64,000 bases of DNA from a virus (lineage: Duplodnaviria > Caudoviricetes): positions 1 through 64,000 of the IMG/VR virus record IMGVR_UViG_2862830631_000005, one strand, 5' to 3'. Under the pieces are notes generated by a model, which had not been told where the DNA came from, made no database searches, and saw only the letters and a list, made by a program, of their open reading frames with translations. Both the position numbers and the translations under genes were made by a program. Of the stretch, positions 8,393-17,056 are shown piece after piece (the stretch's first letter is position 1; every line of letters begins with the position of its first letter).

Positions 8393-9784
8393 ATGAAGAC
8401 CGCCATGTACCTCCGCATCTCCGACATCAAGGTGGCGGGTGACACGCTCGGTGTTGAACGGCAGCGGGAAGACCTAATCAAACTGTGCGAGTCGAAGGGC
8501 TGGGACTGGGTCGAATACGTCGACAACGACAAGTCAGCCAGCAAGGGTGTGCGGCCGGCGTACCAGCGCATGCTCCGCGATATCAAAGCGGACAAGATAG
8601 GTGGCGTAGTCGTCTGGGATCTTGACCGCCTGTACCGCCAGCCGCGCGAGCTGGAAGATCTCATCGACCTTGCCGACGAGAAGCGACTGAACCTTGCCAG
8701 CGTGGACAAGGAGGTCGACCTTGCCACCGACAACGGCCGACTCTACGCCCGCATCAAGGGTGCAGTGGCTCGCAGCGAAGTTGAACGCAAGAGTGCGCGA
8801 CAGGTCCGCGCATTCGAGCAGCTCGCAGGATCCGGCAAGGGCTGGGGCCCAAGGGCATTCGGATACACCGAGGATCACGACAACCCGGGGATAGTGCCAG
8901 CAGAGGCTGACGCTGTGCAGCACGCCTACGCAGACGTACTCGCCGGGGTGTCACTGTATTCGATCGCCAGGCGGTGGAATGACGCGAAACTGTTCACGAC
9001 GAAGAAGAACCGACCCTGGACCAGCGGCAATGTCGCGCGCGTACTGAAGAGTCCCCGCTACGCCGGCTACCGCACATACCGCGGTGAGATCGTCGGCCGT
9101 GGCGATTGGCCGATCCTGGTTCCAGAGGAGACGTGGCAAGCCGTCAAGGCGATACTGGAAACCCCCGGCAGGCAGTTCAAGGGCCCGCGGGTGCGGACAA
9201 GGCTTCTCGGTGGCATTCTGCACTGCGGCGTCTGCGGTGAGGGCTTGGCGACCGGTGTACGCCAACCGAATGTACCCATCTATCGGTGCAAAACTCCAGC
9301 GTGCCACAAGATCTCCCGGAAGGCAGAGCCGATCGAAGAGTTCGTGGAGTACGTCATGGTGGAGAAGTTGAAGACAGTCCTATGGGAGGGCGACAAAGGC
9401 AACAAAGAGAAAGCCGAGGCACTCACCCAGGAGTCGGTCGCGTTGCGGTCCAGGCTCGACGCTCTGGCTGTGGATTTCGCTGACGGTACGTTGACTGCCA
9501 GCCAGATCAAAACTGCGACGCTGAGGATCCAGGAGCGGCTTCATGAGGTCGAGGATGCGTTACGTGGCATGGCGTCGTCATACGTGATGGAAGACATCGC
9601 ATGCGCAGACGATATTGACGCCGCGTGGGCCGCGCTGTCCATCGACCGCAAGCGTGCCGTCATCCAGACGTTATGCCGCTGCATCACAGTCAACCCGCTG
9701 GGCAAGGCCACGCCCAAGGCGCTCCACGGTGAGGGAGTCGTCTTCGACTGGCGTGAGGCCGATGAGTATGCCGATGCGGTCTAG
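8393..9784 (+). CDS. int: large serine integrase
   Basis: YLRIS catalytic Ser, DLDRLYR, recombinase domain, CGVCG..YRC..C zinc ribbon, coiled coil. Confidence 0.95.
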   Translation: MKTAMYLRISDIKVAGDTLGVERQREDLIKLCESKGWDWVEYVDNDKSASKGVRPAYQRMLRDIKADKIGGVVVWDLDRLYRQPRELEDLIDLADEKRLNLASVDKEVDLATDNGRLYARIKGAVARSEVERKSARQVRAFEQLAGSGKGWGPRAFGYTEDHDNPGIVPAEADAVQHAYADVLAGVSLYSIARRWNDAKLFTTKKNRPWTSGNVARVLKSPRYAGYRTYRGEIVGRGDWPILVPEETWQAVKAILETPGRQFKGPRVRTRLLGGILHCGVCGEGLATGVRQPNVPIYRCKTPACHKISRKAEPIEEFVEYVMVEKLKTVLWEGDKGNKEKAEALTQESVALRSRLDALAVDFADGTLTASQIKTATLRIQERLHEVEDALRGMASSYVMEDIACADDIDAAWAALSIDRKRAVIQTLCRCITVNPLGKATPKALHGEGVVFDWREADEYADAV

Positions 9785-9842
9785 CTGATCCTGCGACATC
9801 GCTGGCGACTCGGCGACGATAGCTTTCGCGCGGGCGATGGCT

Positions 9843-10031
9843 TCACTGCTCATCATAGTAATCCTGGACATCGGGAATCTTCGCGCCGACCTGAATCGCT
9901 CTGCGAGCGGCACCAATTGTCTTGTAGGAGCGCACACTTCGGTGCGAGTTGATGCTCATGTCAGTGTCCGACACGATCGCGCCGTCCCCCCGAACGGCGA
10001 CGACCGTGAAGAACTCGGTTGCTAGCGTCAT
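9843..10031 (-). CDS. hypothetical protein
   Basis: ATGA-coupled to upstream gene. Confidence 0.5.
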   Translation of the reverse strand: MTLATEFFTVVAVRGDGAIVSDTDMSINSHRSVRSYKTIGAARRAIQVGAKIPDVQDYYDEQ

Positions 10032-10441
10032 CCGCGATCGATGTCAGGGATGATCGACTCGGGCTTGAAGATCACCTTGTAGTGGTCGGTGGACACATCC
10101 GCACCTTCGAGCTGCTCCGCGACGTACGTCACGTTATCCGACAGGCCCAGGAAGTGCTTCCTGTACTCGTTGGGACCAGTCTTGCAGGTGACCTCGAGCT
10201 GCCCACCGGAATCGCTGATCGAACACAGGCCCTCAATGGTCAGCATGTACTCGTCGGTGATCCCGTTGTAGAACACGATCCGACGGTCGATCTTGAAGTT
10301 GTCGGCGTCCCTCGACAGGTTCTGCGACGCAACGTCCGCGTCGGTTGCACAGGCGGTGAGCCCAACGCCGGCAGCCACTGCCACGCCAGCCAGCACGGCC
10401 ATCTTCTTCATCATCATCGGCATCTCCTTGTTGTTACTCAA
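10028..10441 (-). CDS. conserved phage lipoprotein-like protein
   Basis: Signal peptide with LTAC lipobox; DADVASQNLS...RRIVFYNGIT. Confidence 0.75.
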   Translation of the reverse strand: MSNNKEMPMMMKKMAVLAGVAVAAGVGLTACATDADVASQNLSRDADNFKIDRRIVFYNGITDEYMLTIEGLCSISDSGGQLEVTCKTGPNEYRKHFLGLSDNVTYVAEQLEGADVSTDHYKVIFKPESIIPDIDRG

Positions 10442-10464
10442 CTACTCTGCGGACATCTTTGAAA

Positions 10465-11097
10465 TCATCGGTACGCCTTTTGGATCCGCTCAGTCACCCA
10501 CGACATCGGCACTGGGTGAAGTTCATGTGCATCTACACCGACGTGGATCTGCATGCTGGCCGGCCCAAGACTCCATGACAGTGGGGTGACTGAATGGGTG
10601 TGTCCGTGGATGATCGGCATGCCCTCATCCCTTAGACGCCACTGTGCGTGGCGGTCCGTATCGGTGTGGTCACCCGTGTACGGAAAGTGGCTCAGCAGGG
10701 CACTCATGTGGCCTGGCGGGGCAAGCGGAATTCTGATGCGGGCCCCTGAGGCAACATACTCGAAAGCCTGCGAGTACTCGTCGGCCCACTTATGGGCGTC
10801 GCGATGCAGCGGATGTACACCGTCGTGGTTGCCGGCGATGAGGCGCTTCCGCCCGGGGCGAACCTTGAGCCATGAGAGGGCCGCACGCTGGCCGCCAGTG
10901 CTCCCGGATGAAATGTCACCCAACACCCACACAACGTCGTCCACACCGATTGTGTTGTCCCAGTTGTTCGCGAGCGCCCGGTCGTGGGCGTCGACCTGGG
11001 CACCAAGGTAACTCGGGAGGATCCAACCCTTGGTGCGGTAGTTGGCTACCTTCGCGTGACCGATGTGTAGGTCTGCAATGAACCAGACTTTACTCAT
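10465..11097 (-). CDS. metallophosphoesterase (possible Bxb1 gp47-type RDF)
   Basis: DLH, GD, GNHD, HFPY, HGHTH calcineurin-like motifs. Confidence 0.85.
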   Translation of the reverse strand: MSKVWFIADLHIGHAKVANYRTKGWILPSYLGAQVDAHDRALANNWDNTIGVDDVVWVLGDISSGSTGGQRAALSWLKVRPGRKRLIAGNHDGVHPLHRDAHKWADEYSQAFEYVASGARIRIPLAPPGHMSALLSHFPYTGDHTDTDRHAQWRLRDEGMPIIHGHTHSVTPLSWSLGPASMQIHVGVDAHELHPVPMSWVTERIQKAYR

Positions 11098-11252
11098 GCC
11101 TTCTCGTCCAACTTCTTCATCGCGGTCGCGTATCCGAGAGTGATGGTTTCCGCGATCTGTTCGTTGGTGGCGCCTTCGTCCCACCGCACCACGATCCCCA
11201 CCTTGACCGGAAACTCCTTGTGTGTCGCCTTGAAAGCTATCTGGTTGCTCAT
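11094..11252 (-). CDS. small hypothetical protein
   Basis: 52-aa ORF MSNQIAFK..., AGGAG RBS, ATGA overlap. Confidence 0.5.
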   Translation of the reverse strand: MSNQIAFKATHKEFPVKVGIVVRWDEGATNEQIAETITLGYATAMKKLDEKA

Positions 11253-11288
11253 CTGTTGCACTCCTACCTGCGTGAATGTTGTTACGGC

Positions 11289-11621
11289 TCAGGGCAACTC
11301 TGGGTCGTAGGCTGCACCGCAGGTGAGGCACTGGCGGCGAGCCTTCGCGAGCGCCACCCGGCCGTCAATCTGAGCCTGGCGCGCCAACCGCTTCTGCTCC
11401 AGGATCTTTGGCCTCTGCTCACTGGCTTGGATCAACAGAGCAGAGATGCCCGCGACAACGATGAGCACAATGATGACTGTCGCGACGATCTCACCGGTAC
11501 CAAACATCGGTGGAGGGCCGGGAGGTGTGCACTCACTGGTGTCGACGGTGAGTACGTCGTGCGATACACCTGACGACGAGATCTTCCCGCAGTCTGGGAG
11601 ATTTATGATGACCTGGCTCAC
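11289..11621 (-). CDS. membrane protein
   Basis: One strong TM segment. Confidence 0.65.
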   Translation of the reverse strand: MSQVIINLPDCGKISSSGVSHDVLTVDTSECTPPGPPPMFGTGEIVATVIIVLIVVAGISALLIQASEQRPKILEQKRLARQAQIDGRVALAKARRQCLTCGAAYDPELP

Positions 11622-12304
11622 CAGCCAAACTCCCTTGGGACGTACACCTGATTCTGCGGGCGGATGAAATCCTCTTCGGCCGGCGGTTGATCAGACTCAG
11701 TGACTCGGACAAGCAGACGCCACCCGCGATGCTCAGACTGCGTCGCCTGGTGAATGTTCCACCAGTCCCACGTCATCCACTTACCCAGTGGGGCGCGCAG
11801 CTTCCGCAACGTGTGGCACTCGTTGACCTTCCGAGTCATCTCCGAGTACATCTGCTCGTCCTCATCGTGGTCGATCGGCAGATGCAGGAGCCCGTCGATG
11901 AACTCAGTCGCACAGTCCACACCGACATGCACAGTGTGATAGATCGGCCTGTACCCCTCGAAGTGCCTGGAAATCTGCAAGGGGAGAGATGGCTTCCCCC
12001 AATTCGCAGGGGTGACCGACGCGGCATCCACGCTGTAGCGGGGGACACCATCCGTGTGCCAGCCAGGGATCGCCGGCCACCAGCCTGGCATCAGCATCGA
12101 CACTTTGGTGTCCACGAAGATGTGCTTGTGGTTTCCGACCAGTGGGGCAGACTCGAGGCATTGGCGAAGTGCTGGGCCACCGAACAGCATCGCGTTGCTC
12201 AGGCTTGCGCGGCGCATGTTCGGAGTAGCTTCGATCAAGTCATAGTTGACATTGACCTTCTCGCCGATAACGGCCGGGTTGCTGTTGAACCAGTAGTAGC
12301 TCAT
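11618..12304 (-). CDS. 2OG-Fe(II) oxygenase-like protein
   Basis: GWHTDG (HxD), distal H (NIHQA), R-x-x-x-R strand. Confidence 0.6.
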   Translation of the reverse strand: MSYYWFNSNPAVIGEKVNVNYDLIEATPNMRRASLSNAMLFGGPALRQCLESAPLVGNHKHIFVDTKVSMLMPGWWPAIPGWHTDGVPRYSVDAASVTPANWGKPSLPLQISRHFEGYRPIYHTVHVGVDCATEFIDGLLHLPIDHDEDEQMYSEMTRKVNECHTLRKLRAPLGKWMTWDWWNIHQATQSEHRGWRLLVRVTESDQPPAEEDFIRPQNQVYVPREFGW

Positions 12305-12475
12305 TGCGAGAGACCCTCCCCGGAGTAGGCGGTGTTGGTGTAGCGCAAAAAGCTTCTGCTTTCGTAACTGAAGAGCACTATTTGGCTCCGCGCTAGCCGC
12401 ATCCACTCTTCGAGGAGTTTCTGTATGTGATGTTTGCCCATGTGAACGAACCTATCCCGCTACCTGTTTCACGCC

Positions 12476-12838
12476 TTAGCGCTCGTCGCCTGACCCCTGG
12501 ATCACGCCGCGGTCCTTCCGGTCGTACAGCTTCGCCAAATTCCTGGACGCGATGGATTCCAGGCTCACGCCGAGCTGCGTGGCGAGCAAGGCCACATACC
12601 ACAGGACATCACCGAGCTCGTCGGCGATCTTCGCGCGCGCAACGTCCCCGATGATCCCGTCGTCGTCGCGGAGGATCTTCTTCACCTTGCCGGCGACCTC
12701 ACCACCCTCGCCAGCCAAACCCATTGCCACGTACGACAACCCGGTGTATGAGTCGGCGTCGCCAGCACCAGGGTAGATAGCGGTTCCGAATGCGCGCTTC
12801 TGATACTCATCCATGCTCACGGTTAAAATCCTCTTCAT
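12476..12838 (-). CDS. MazG-like nucleotide pyrophosphohydrolase
   Basis: GLAGEGGEV..KK..ADELGDVLWY..NLAKL. Confidence 0.9.
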   Translation of the reverse strand: MKRILTVSMDEYQKRAFGTAIYPGAGDADSYTGLSYVAMGLAGEGGEVAGKVKKILRDDDGIIGDVARAKIADELGDVLWYVALLATQLGVSLESIASRNLAKLYDRKDRGVIQGSGDER

Positions 12839-13015
12839 ACACTTGCGGCAGAAGAAATCTGCCGATCTTGGAACGTCATTCGGCCTCGCACAGCTGCATC
12901 ATCGGGTGCTGCCCGCAGTAAGCCGGCTCGTCAATATGCCCAGAGATGGCGAGAATGCCGACACACACACCGACCAGCGCCACCAAGGCCACGAAGTAAG
13001 GCCACGCATTGCCCG

Positions 13016-13273
13016 TCACGCTGCCTGCTCGAACACTTCACCCCGGTCCTGGGCAAGCCTGAACCTCTCCGACGCGTTGAGCCCACCGCGCACACCGAAG
13101 CGCATGTCTCGCCACTGGCCGCGTTCTTCAGCCATGGCTGCCTCGAGGCACTGTGTACGGACATTGCACAACTACACACACGCGCGCTTCGCCGAGTTCC
13201 CTGCACTCCCGGCCGGCGGGTAGAACAACGCGGTGCCGATCTGTCGGCAGATCGGATCCTCATCCCACTTCAT
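13016..13273 (-). pseudogene. WhiB-family regulator interrupted by an in-frame TAG
   Basis: MKWDEDPICRQ..LFYP..AKRACV*LCNVRTQCL..FGVRGGL; TAG at 13172-13174. Confidence 0.75.
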
Positions 13274-13557
13274 TCGTTGTCTACACCCCCCTCTTGCGTG
13301 CCGTGAATCATCTCCATCGCGCGGCGGAAGCGATCACCCGCGGCCATCGTCTCCCCGCTCGGCACGTCGTTCGAAAACCAGGAAAGCTGGTTGATCCGAC
13401 CGTCCTTCGAGTCGTATCCGATGACCAGTAGCACGTCCTCCTTGCGATAAAAACACGTCACACCAAACCTGTGTTTGATGATGTGCGGCACAGACCAGCC
13501 GCGGTCCATCAGGGCTGCGTAGGCCATGTCCCGCTCGGTTGGTTTTCTGTAGCCCAT
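13270..13557 (-). CDS. hypothetical protein
   Basis: ORF directly after rtcB. Confidence 0.6.
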   Translation of the reverse strand: MGYRKPTERDMAYAALMDRGWSVPHIIKHRFGVTCFYRKEDVLLVIGYDSKDGRINQLSWFSNDVPSGETMAAGDRFRRAMEMIHGTQEGGVDNE

Positions 13558-13558
13558 C

Positions 13559-14761
13559 TCAGGTCCCCTTCACGTTGAGCACCTGGCGCAGCGTGGTGAT
13601 CACGTCGACCAGGGGTTCCGCATCGGCCATCACCTGGTCGATGTCCTTGTAGCAGCTGGGGATTTCGTCCACCAGCTTCTCTGCGATGTCCGACCGCCAC
13701 TCGATGCCCTGCATCTGGTCAGCGAGATCCTGTGCGGTGAAGAGCTTCTTGGCCTGGCTGCGCGAATGCCGTCGACCCGCCCCATGTGGTGCCGAGTACA
13801 GGCCAGGTGCGTACCCCTTGCCGCGCACCACGTACGACCGGCTGCCCATGGATCCGGGGATGACACCCGGCTTGCCCTCGGTCGCGTCGATAGCGCCCTT
13901 GCGAGTCAGCCACACGTACTTGTCACCGTGCAGCACGCGGGTCGTGTAGTTGTGGTGGCAGTTGATGCGCTCCAGCTCGACGCGCTGAGGCTGCACGCCC
14001 AGCCACCATGCGAACACCTGCACGAAGCGATCCATCATCTCGGCGCGGTTGAGATAGGCAAAACGCTGCGCCCACCCCAGATCCTTGATGTACCGGTTGA
14101 ATCCGTGCGTATCCTCCATGAGCCACGCCAGATCTCGGTGGGGCAGCTTCTCCCCAATCTGGTCGCAGAACACCTGTGCGGCCTTGATGTGGCGCTGGGC
14201 GATCTTGTTGCCCACACCACGAGAACCGCTGTGCAGGAACAGCCACACATTGTCCTCGGCGTCCACGCACAGCTCGATGAAGTGGTTGCCGCCGCCGAGT
14301 GATCCAAGCTGCTCCATCCACTTCGGCGAATGCGACAGGTCCACATCCAGGTCTTGCTGGAGCTGGGTCAACTCCTCGTGACGCTTCCGCGTGAATGAGA
14401 ACCTCGACAACGTCGAGTTGTAGTTGCCGGGGGAGAGCGGAATGGCCTCTTCGAGCTGTCGGCGCAACGACCCCAGGTCGCGACTCATCCCAGCACCGAA
14501 CAGCCGGTCGCCCGTGAAGCGCGTCTTGACTGCGATCATCCCGCAGCCGATGTCCACACCCACCGCGGCCGGCATCACCGCACCAACCGTGGGGATCACC
14601 GTGCCCACCGCAGAGCCCTTACCCGAATGGGCATCAGGCATCAACGCAATGTGCGGGTAGACGAACGGCATCGAGGCGATCTCGTTGGCCTGTTCGATGG
14701 TGGCCTGATCGATCTCACTCGCGAATGAAACAACCTTCGAGTTCAGCAGTGTGTAGCTCAC
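13559..14761 (-). CDS. rtcB: RtcB-family RNA ligase
   Basis: MPDAH, VGVDIGCG, LGSLGGGNHF, LHSGSRG, HHN, RKGA, PHGAGR motifs. Confidence 0.97.
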   Translation of the reverse strand: MSYTLLNSKVVSFASEIDQATIEQANEIASMPFVYPHIALMPDAHSGKGSAVGTVIPTVGAVMPAAVGVDIGCGMIAVKTRFTGDRLFGAGMSRDLGSLRRQLEEAIPLSPGNYNSTLSRFSFTRKRHEELTQLQQDLDVDLSHSPKWMEQLGSLGGGNHFIELCVDAEDNVWLFLHSGSRGVGNKIAQRHIKAAQVFCDQIGEKLPHRDLAWLMEDTHGFNRYIKDLGWAQRFAYLNRAEMMDRFVQVFAWWLGVQPQRVELERINCHHNYTTRVLHGDKYVWLTRKGAIDATEGKPGVIPGSMGSRSYVVRGKGYAPGLYSAPHGAGRRHSRSQAKKLFTAQDLADQMQGIEWRSDIAEKLVDEIPSCYKDIDQVMADAEPLVDVITTLRQVLNVKGT

Positions 14762-14964
14762 TTGCCCAGCACCTCCAGGGCCTTCTTCAGCTCCTTGCGC
14801 AGCTGCTTGATCTCCCCCACGGTGAGACGGGTGGCCGCCCACCTCGCGTGGTCGGTATCCATCTGCACCAGGATGTCCGCCTCCCGCGTGCCGATGGCGT
14901 CGATGTTGACCTCGCCGCCGCTCTTGGTCTTCATGCGGGTGGAAAACTTCTTGGTATTGATCAC
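14758..14964 (-). CDS. hypothetical protein
   Basis: Coupled ORF. Confidence 0.6.
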   Translation of the reverse strand: MINTKKFSTRMKTKSGGEVNIDAIGTREADILVQMDTDHARWAATRLTVGEIKQLRKELKKALEVLGK

Positions 14965-15179
14965 GATTCGAGCAGCTCCTTGATGATGTCGCCAATGAAG
15001 TGGTACGTCTTCGTGTGAATGGCCTTCTGGGATGTCTTAGCGCTCTGGTAGATCACGTCCACCTCGAAGTACACCGAGTCCGTGCCCTCTTCGCAGTAGC
15101 CGTTGAATGCAACATCGAAGATTGACCCGTAGCGCTCCCCAACCTCGGATAGAAGCCTGCACCCCAGGCGCTTCGACAT
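14961..15179 (-). CDS. hypothetical protein
   Basis: Coupled ORF; start uncertain. Confidence 0.5.
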   Translation of the reverse strand: MSKRLGCRLLSEVGERYGSIFDVAFNGYCEEGTDSVYFEVDVIYQSAKTSQKAIHTKTYHFIGDIIKELLES

Positions 15180-15342
15180 CGCATCGAAGCAACCCGGGAT
15201 GAGGCGTTCCTCCACCGCGGTCACAGAAGGCCCTGACGCTTCAGAAGAGCCCAGATGAGCATCCCGAGCCACCGCCAGAAAGTGGGGTTTCCCATTGCCA
15301 TGTCGAGTACATTACGGGCCCACCTGTTTCACTCCTGAACGC

Positions 15343-15369
15343 AAAAAACCCCAGGTCAGAGACCTGGGG
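15343..15369 (-). terminator. intrinsic terminator ending the tRNA cluster
   Basis: CCCCAGGTC-TCT-GACCTGGGG-TTTTTT on minus strand. Confidence 0.85.
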
Positions 15370-15375
15370 CTGTTG

Positions 15376-15446
15376 CAGTTCGTAGGGGACTCGAACCCCT
15401 ACCTACAGATTGAGAATCTGGGATGCTGCCTTTACACCAACGAACC
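15376..15446 (-). tRNA. tRNA-Glu(CTC)
   Basis: Cloverleaf, loop TT-CTC-AA, GGTTCGAGTCC T-arm. Confidence 0.9.
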
Positions 15447-15785
15447 ATTGCTGACGACCCACTGGCCGTCATCACGAACCTCCGTCTTAAGGTTCACCGG
15501 CCACATGTCGCGCTCAACTCGGGCCTTCAGAAGCGTCTCCTGGCCACACTGACGCTTCACCCATGTGCGGAACGTTGAGGTTTGCGCCATGCGCTTGAAC
15601 GCCAACCGCTTGTTCTGCAACTGACTGCGCTCATCGCGAGCCTCACCAACGGCGCCGGAAGCCCTGTGAGTGACTCGGACACCGGTTTCCCGCTTGTTCT
15701 GATTCTGCCCACCCTTGCCGCCGGCACGAAATGTGTCGACCTGGCAGTCATCAAGGGTGACCGAGAATGCTAGTTCCATACTCAC
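15432..15785 (-). CDS. GGQ peptidyl-tRNA hydrolase / ArfB(YaeJ)-like release factor
   Basis: FRAGGKGGQNQNK..V..H..ERSQLQNKRLA. Confidence 0.92.
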   Translation of the reverse strand: MSMELAFSVTLDDCQVDTFRAGGKGGQNQNKRETGVRVTHRASGAVGEARDERSQLQNKRLAFKRMAQTSTFRTWVKRQCGQETLLKARVERDMWPVNLKTEVRDDGQWVVSNGSLV

Positions 15786-15860
15786 GTCCCGACGACGGGA
15801 TTTGAACCCGTGTATCCACCTCGACAGGGTGGCGTCCTGGGCCGCTAGACGACACCGGGA
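15786..15860 (-). tRNA. tRNA-Asp(GTC)
   Basis: CCACC-CT-GTC-GA-GGTGG. Confidence 0.92.
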
Positions 15861-15936
15861 TTGTTGGACTTGACGCGTACCTCACGGGTCAACTTTCTGG
15901 GAATCAAACCCTGGAGCTGCTTGACCAAAACTCCCG

Positions 15937-16010
15937 CATTCCGAGCGGGATTCGAACCCGCACTCTCCTGAGTGAAAATCAGGTGGGATGACCAATTACC
16001 CTATCGGAAC
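15937..16010 (-). tRNA. tRNA-Glu(TTC)
   Basis: CCTGA-TT-TTC-AC-TCAGG. Confidence 0.92.
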
Positions 16011-16016
16011 ACAATG

Positions 16017-16084
16017 TGGAGTACCGGGGAATCGGACCCCGCCTCTGAGTTTGCAAAACTCGGAGTCTCACCAGACAGCACCCC
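16017..16084 (-). tRNA. tRNA-Ala(TGC), truncated D-arm
   Basis: G3:U70 pair, loop TT-TGC-AA, T-loop TCCGATT. Confidence 0.75.
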
Positions 16085-16085
16085 G

Positions 16086-16202
16086 TTAAGCCGCCTTCCG
16101 GCGATGTGGACGACCGTGCCCCTTGTTGCGTGCTCCGTATGTTGGAGTCAACGCATGATGATTGGGGCACAGCACTCGCAGATTCGCCCGCGAGTTGTTG
16201 GT
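16086..16202 (-). pseudogene. C-terminal remnant of an HNH homing endonuclease
   Basis: TNNSRANLRVLCPNHHALTPTYGARNKG...* with no N-terminal part. Confidence 0.65.
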
Positions 16203-16241
16203 GTAGGTCTCTTGACGGACCTATTGTGCAAAAAAGAGCTG

Positions 16242-16313
16242 AGCCCCTACGACGATTCGAACGCCGCACGCCGATTTACAAGATCGGAGCTTTTCCTACT
16301 AAGCTATAAGGGC
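16242..16313 (-). tRNA. tRNA-Thr(TGT)
   Basis: CCGAT-CT-TGT-AA-ATCGG. Confidence 0.92.
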
Positions 16314-16314
16314 C

Positions 16315-16385
16315 TGGTAGCCGGTCAAGGAATCAAACCCTGCTTAGTTGGATGTAAGCCAACCTTCGTCTCAGACTAACCAGCC
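16315..16385 (-). tRNA. tRNA-Val(TAC), truncated D-arm
   Basis: GTTGG-CT-TAC-AT-CCAAC; CCA encoded. Confidence 0.8.
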
Positions 16386-16386
16386 A

Positions 16387-16464
16387 TGGAGCATCCGCAC
16401 GGAATCGAACCGAAACTTTCAGGGTGGAAGCCTGACGTGCTAGACCGTTAAACACTACGGACGC
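16387..16464 (-). tRNA. tRNA-Gly(TCC)
   Basis: TCAGG-CT-TCC-AC-CCTGA; TCCA end. Confidence 0.92.
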
Positions 16465-16484
16465 ATAGGTATTCAATTATGTTG

Positions 16485-16551
16485 CGCGACAGGAGGGAGT
16501 CGAACCCCCATCCGACCGCTTAGGAGGCGGCTGGCCGTCCAGTGCTGCCGC
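16485..16551 (-). tRNA. tRNA-Arg(CCT), truncated D-arm
   Basis: GCCGC-CT-CCT-AA-GCGGT; GGTTCGACTCC. Confidence 0.8.
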
Positions 16552-16705
16552 ATCGGACCTTGCTAATGATCTCCAAGTCCTCATACTCGCGGGACTCTTC
16601 GTAATCCCACTCGCGCCGCCACAGACGATCCTCAGCGGCCCGCTGACGCAACGCCAACATGTCACCGCCACAACACCCTCGGCAACACGTCCTACGTCGC
16701 AGCAT
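16520..16705 (-). CDS. small hypothetical protein overlapping tRNA-Arg
   Basis: GGAGGT RBS; stop falls in the tRNA anticodon loop. Confidence 0.4.
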   Translation of the reverse strand: MLRRRTCCRGCCGGDMLALRQRAAEDRLWRREWDYEESREYEDLEIISKVRCGSTGRPAAS

Positions 16706-16727
16706 GGATGACACAGCTACCTCCAAG

Positions 16728-16802
16728 TGGTAGGGACACCGGGTACTGACCCCAGGATGCCGTCTTATCAGAACGGAGTGATAACCATTTCACTATGTCC
16801 CA
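16728..16802 (-). tRNA. tRNA-Ile(GAT)
   Basis: CCGTT-CT-GAT-AA-GACGG; atypical T-loop; CCA. Confidence 0.85.
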
Positions 16803-16803
16803 G

Positions 16804-16877
16804 TAGGCCCAGAAGGAATTGAACCCTCGTCCCCGGATTAAGAGTCCGGTGCTATTCCCAACTTCAGCTATAGGCCC
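16804..16877 (-). tRNA. tRNA-Lys(CTT)
   Basis: CCGGA-CT-CTT-AA-TCCGG. Confidence 0.92.
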
Positions 16878-16981
16878 ATATCCGGCAGTAACGGGGCCGG
16901 GGCCGAGTAGTCTTCAGCCACCCGATGGCCTACTACTACCTCTTTCGTCGTCGCGCCGGGTCAGGGCGGTCGGGATTTGCG

Positions 16982-17055
16982 TACTCGACGCGAGAGTCGA
17001 ACTCGCAAGCACCTGAGTTTGAATCAGGCGGCTTTGCCGGTTTGCCTAGTCGAGC
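16982..17055 (-). tRNA. tRNA-Leu(CAA), short variable loop
   Basis: CCTGA-TT-CAA-AC-TCAGG. Confidence 0.9.
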
Positions 17056-17056
17056 A

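Noticed and set aside
11098-11331. Long upstream starts for phosphoesterase (11331), RtcB (14995), NUMOD4 (24472), DUF5664 (26496) and NTase (28594)
   Set aside because: Extensions overlap upstream genes in other frames; coupled internal starts fit better.
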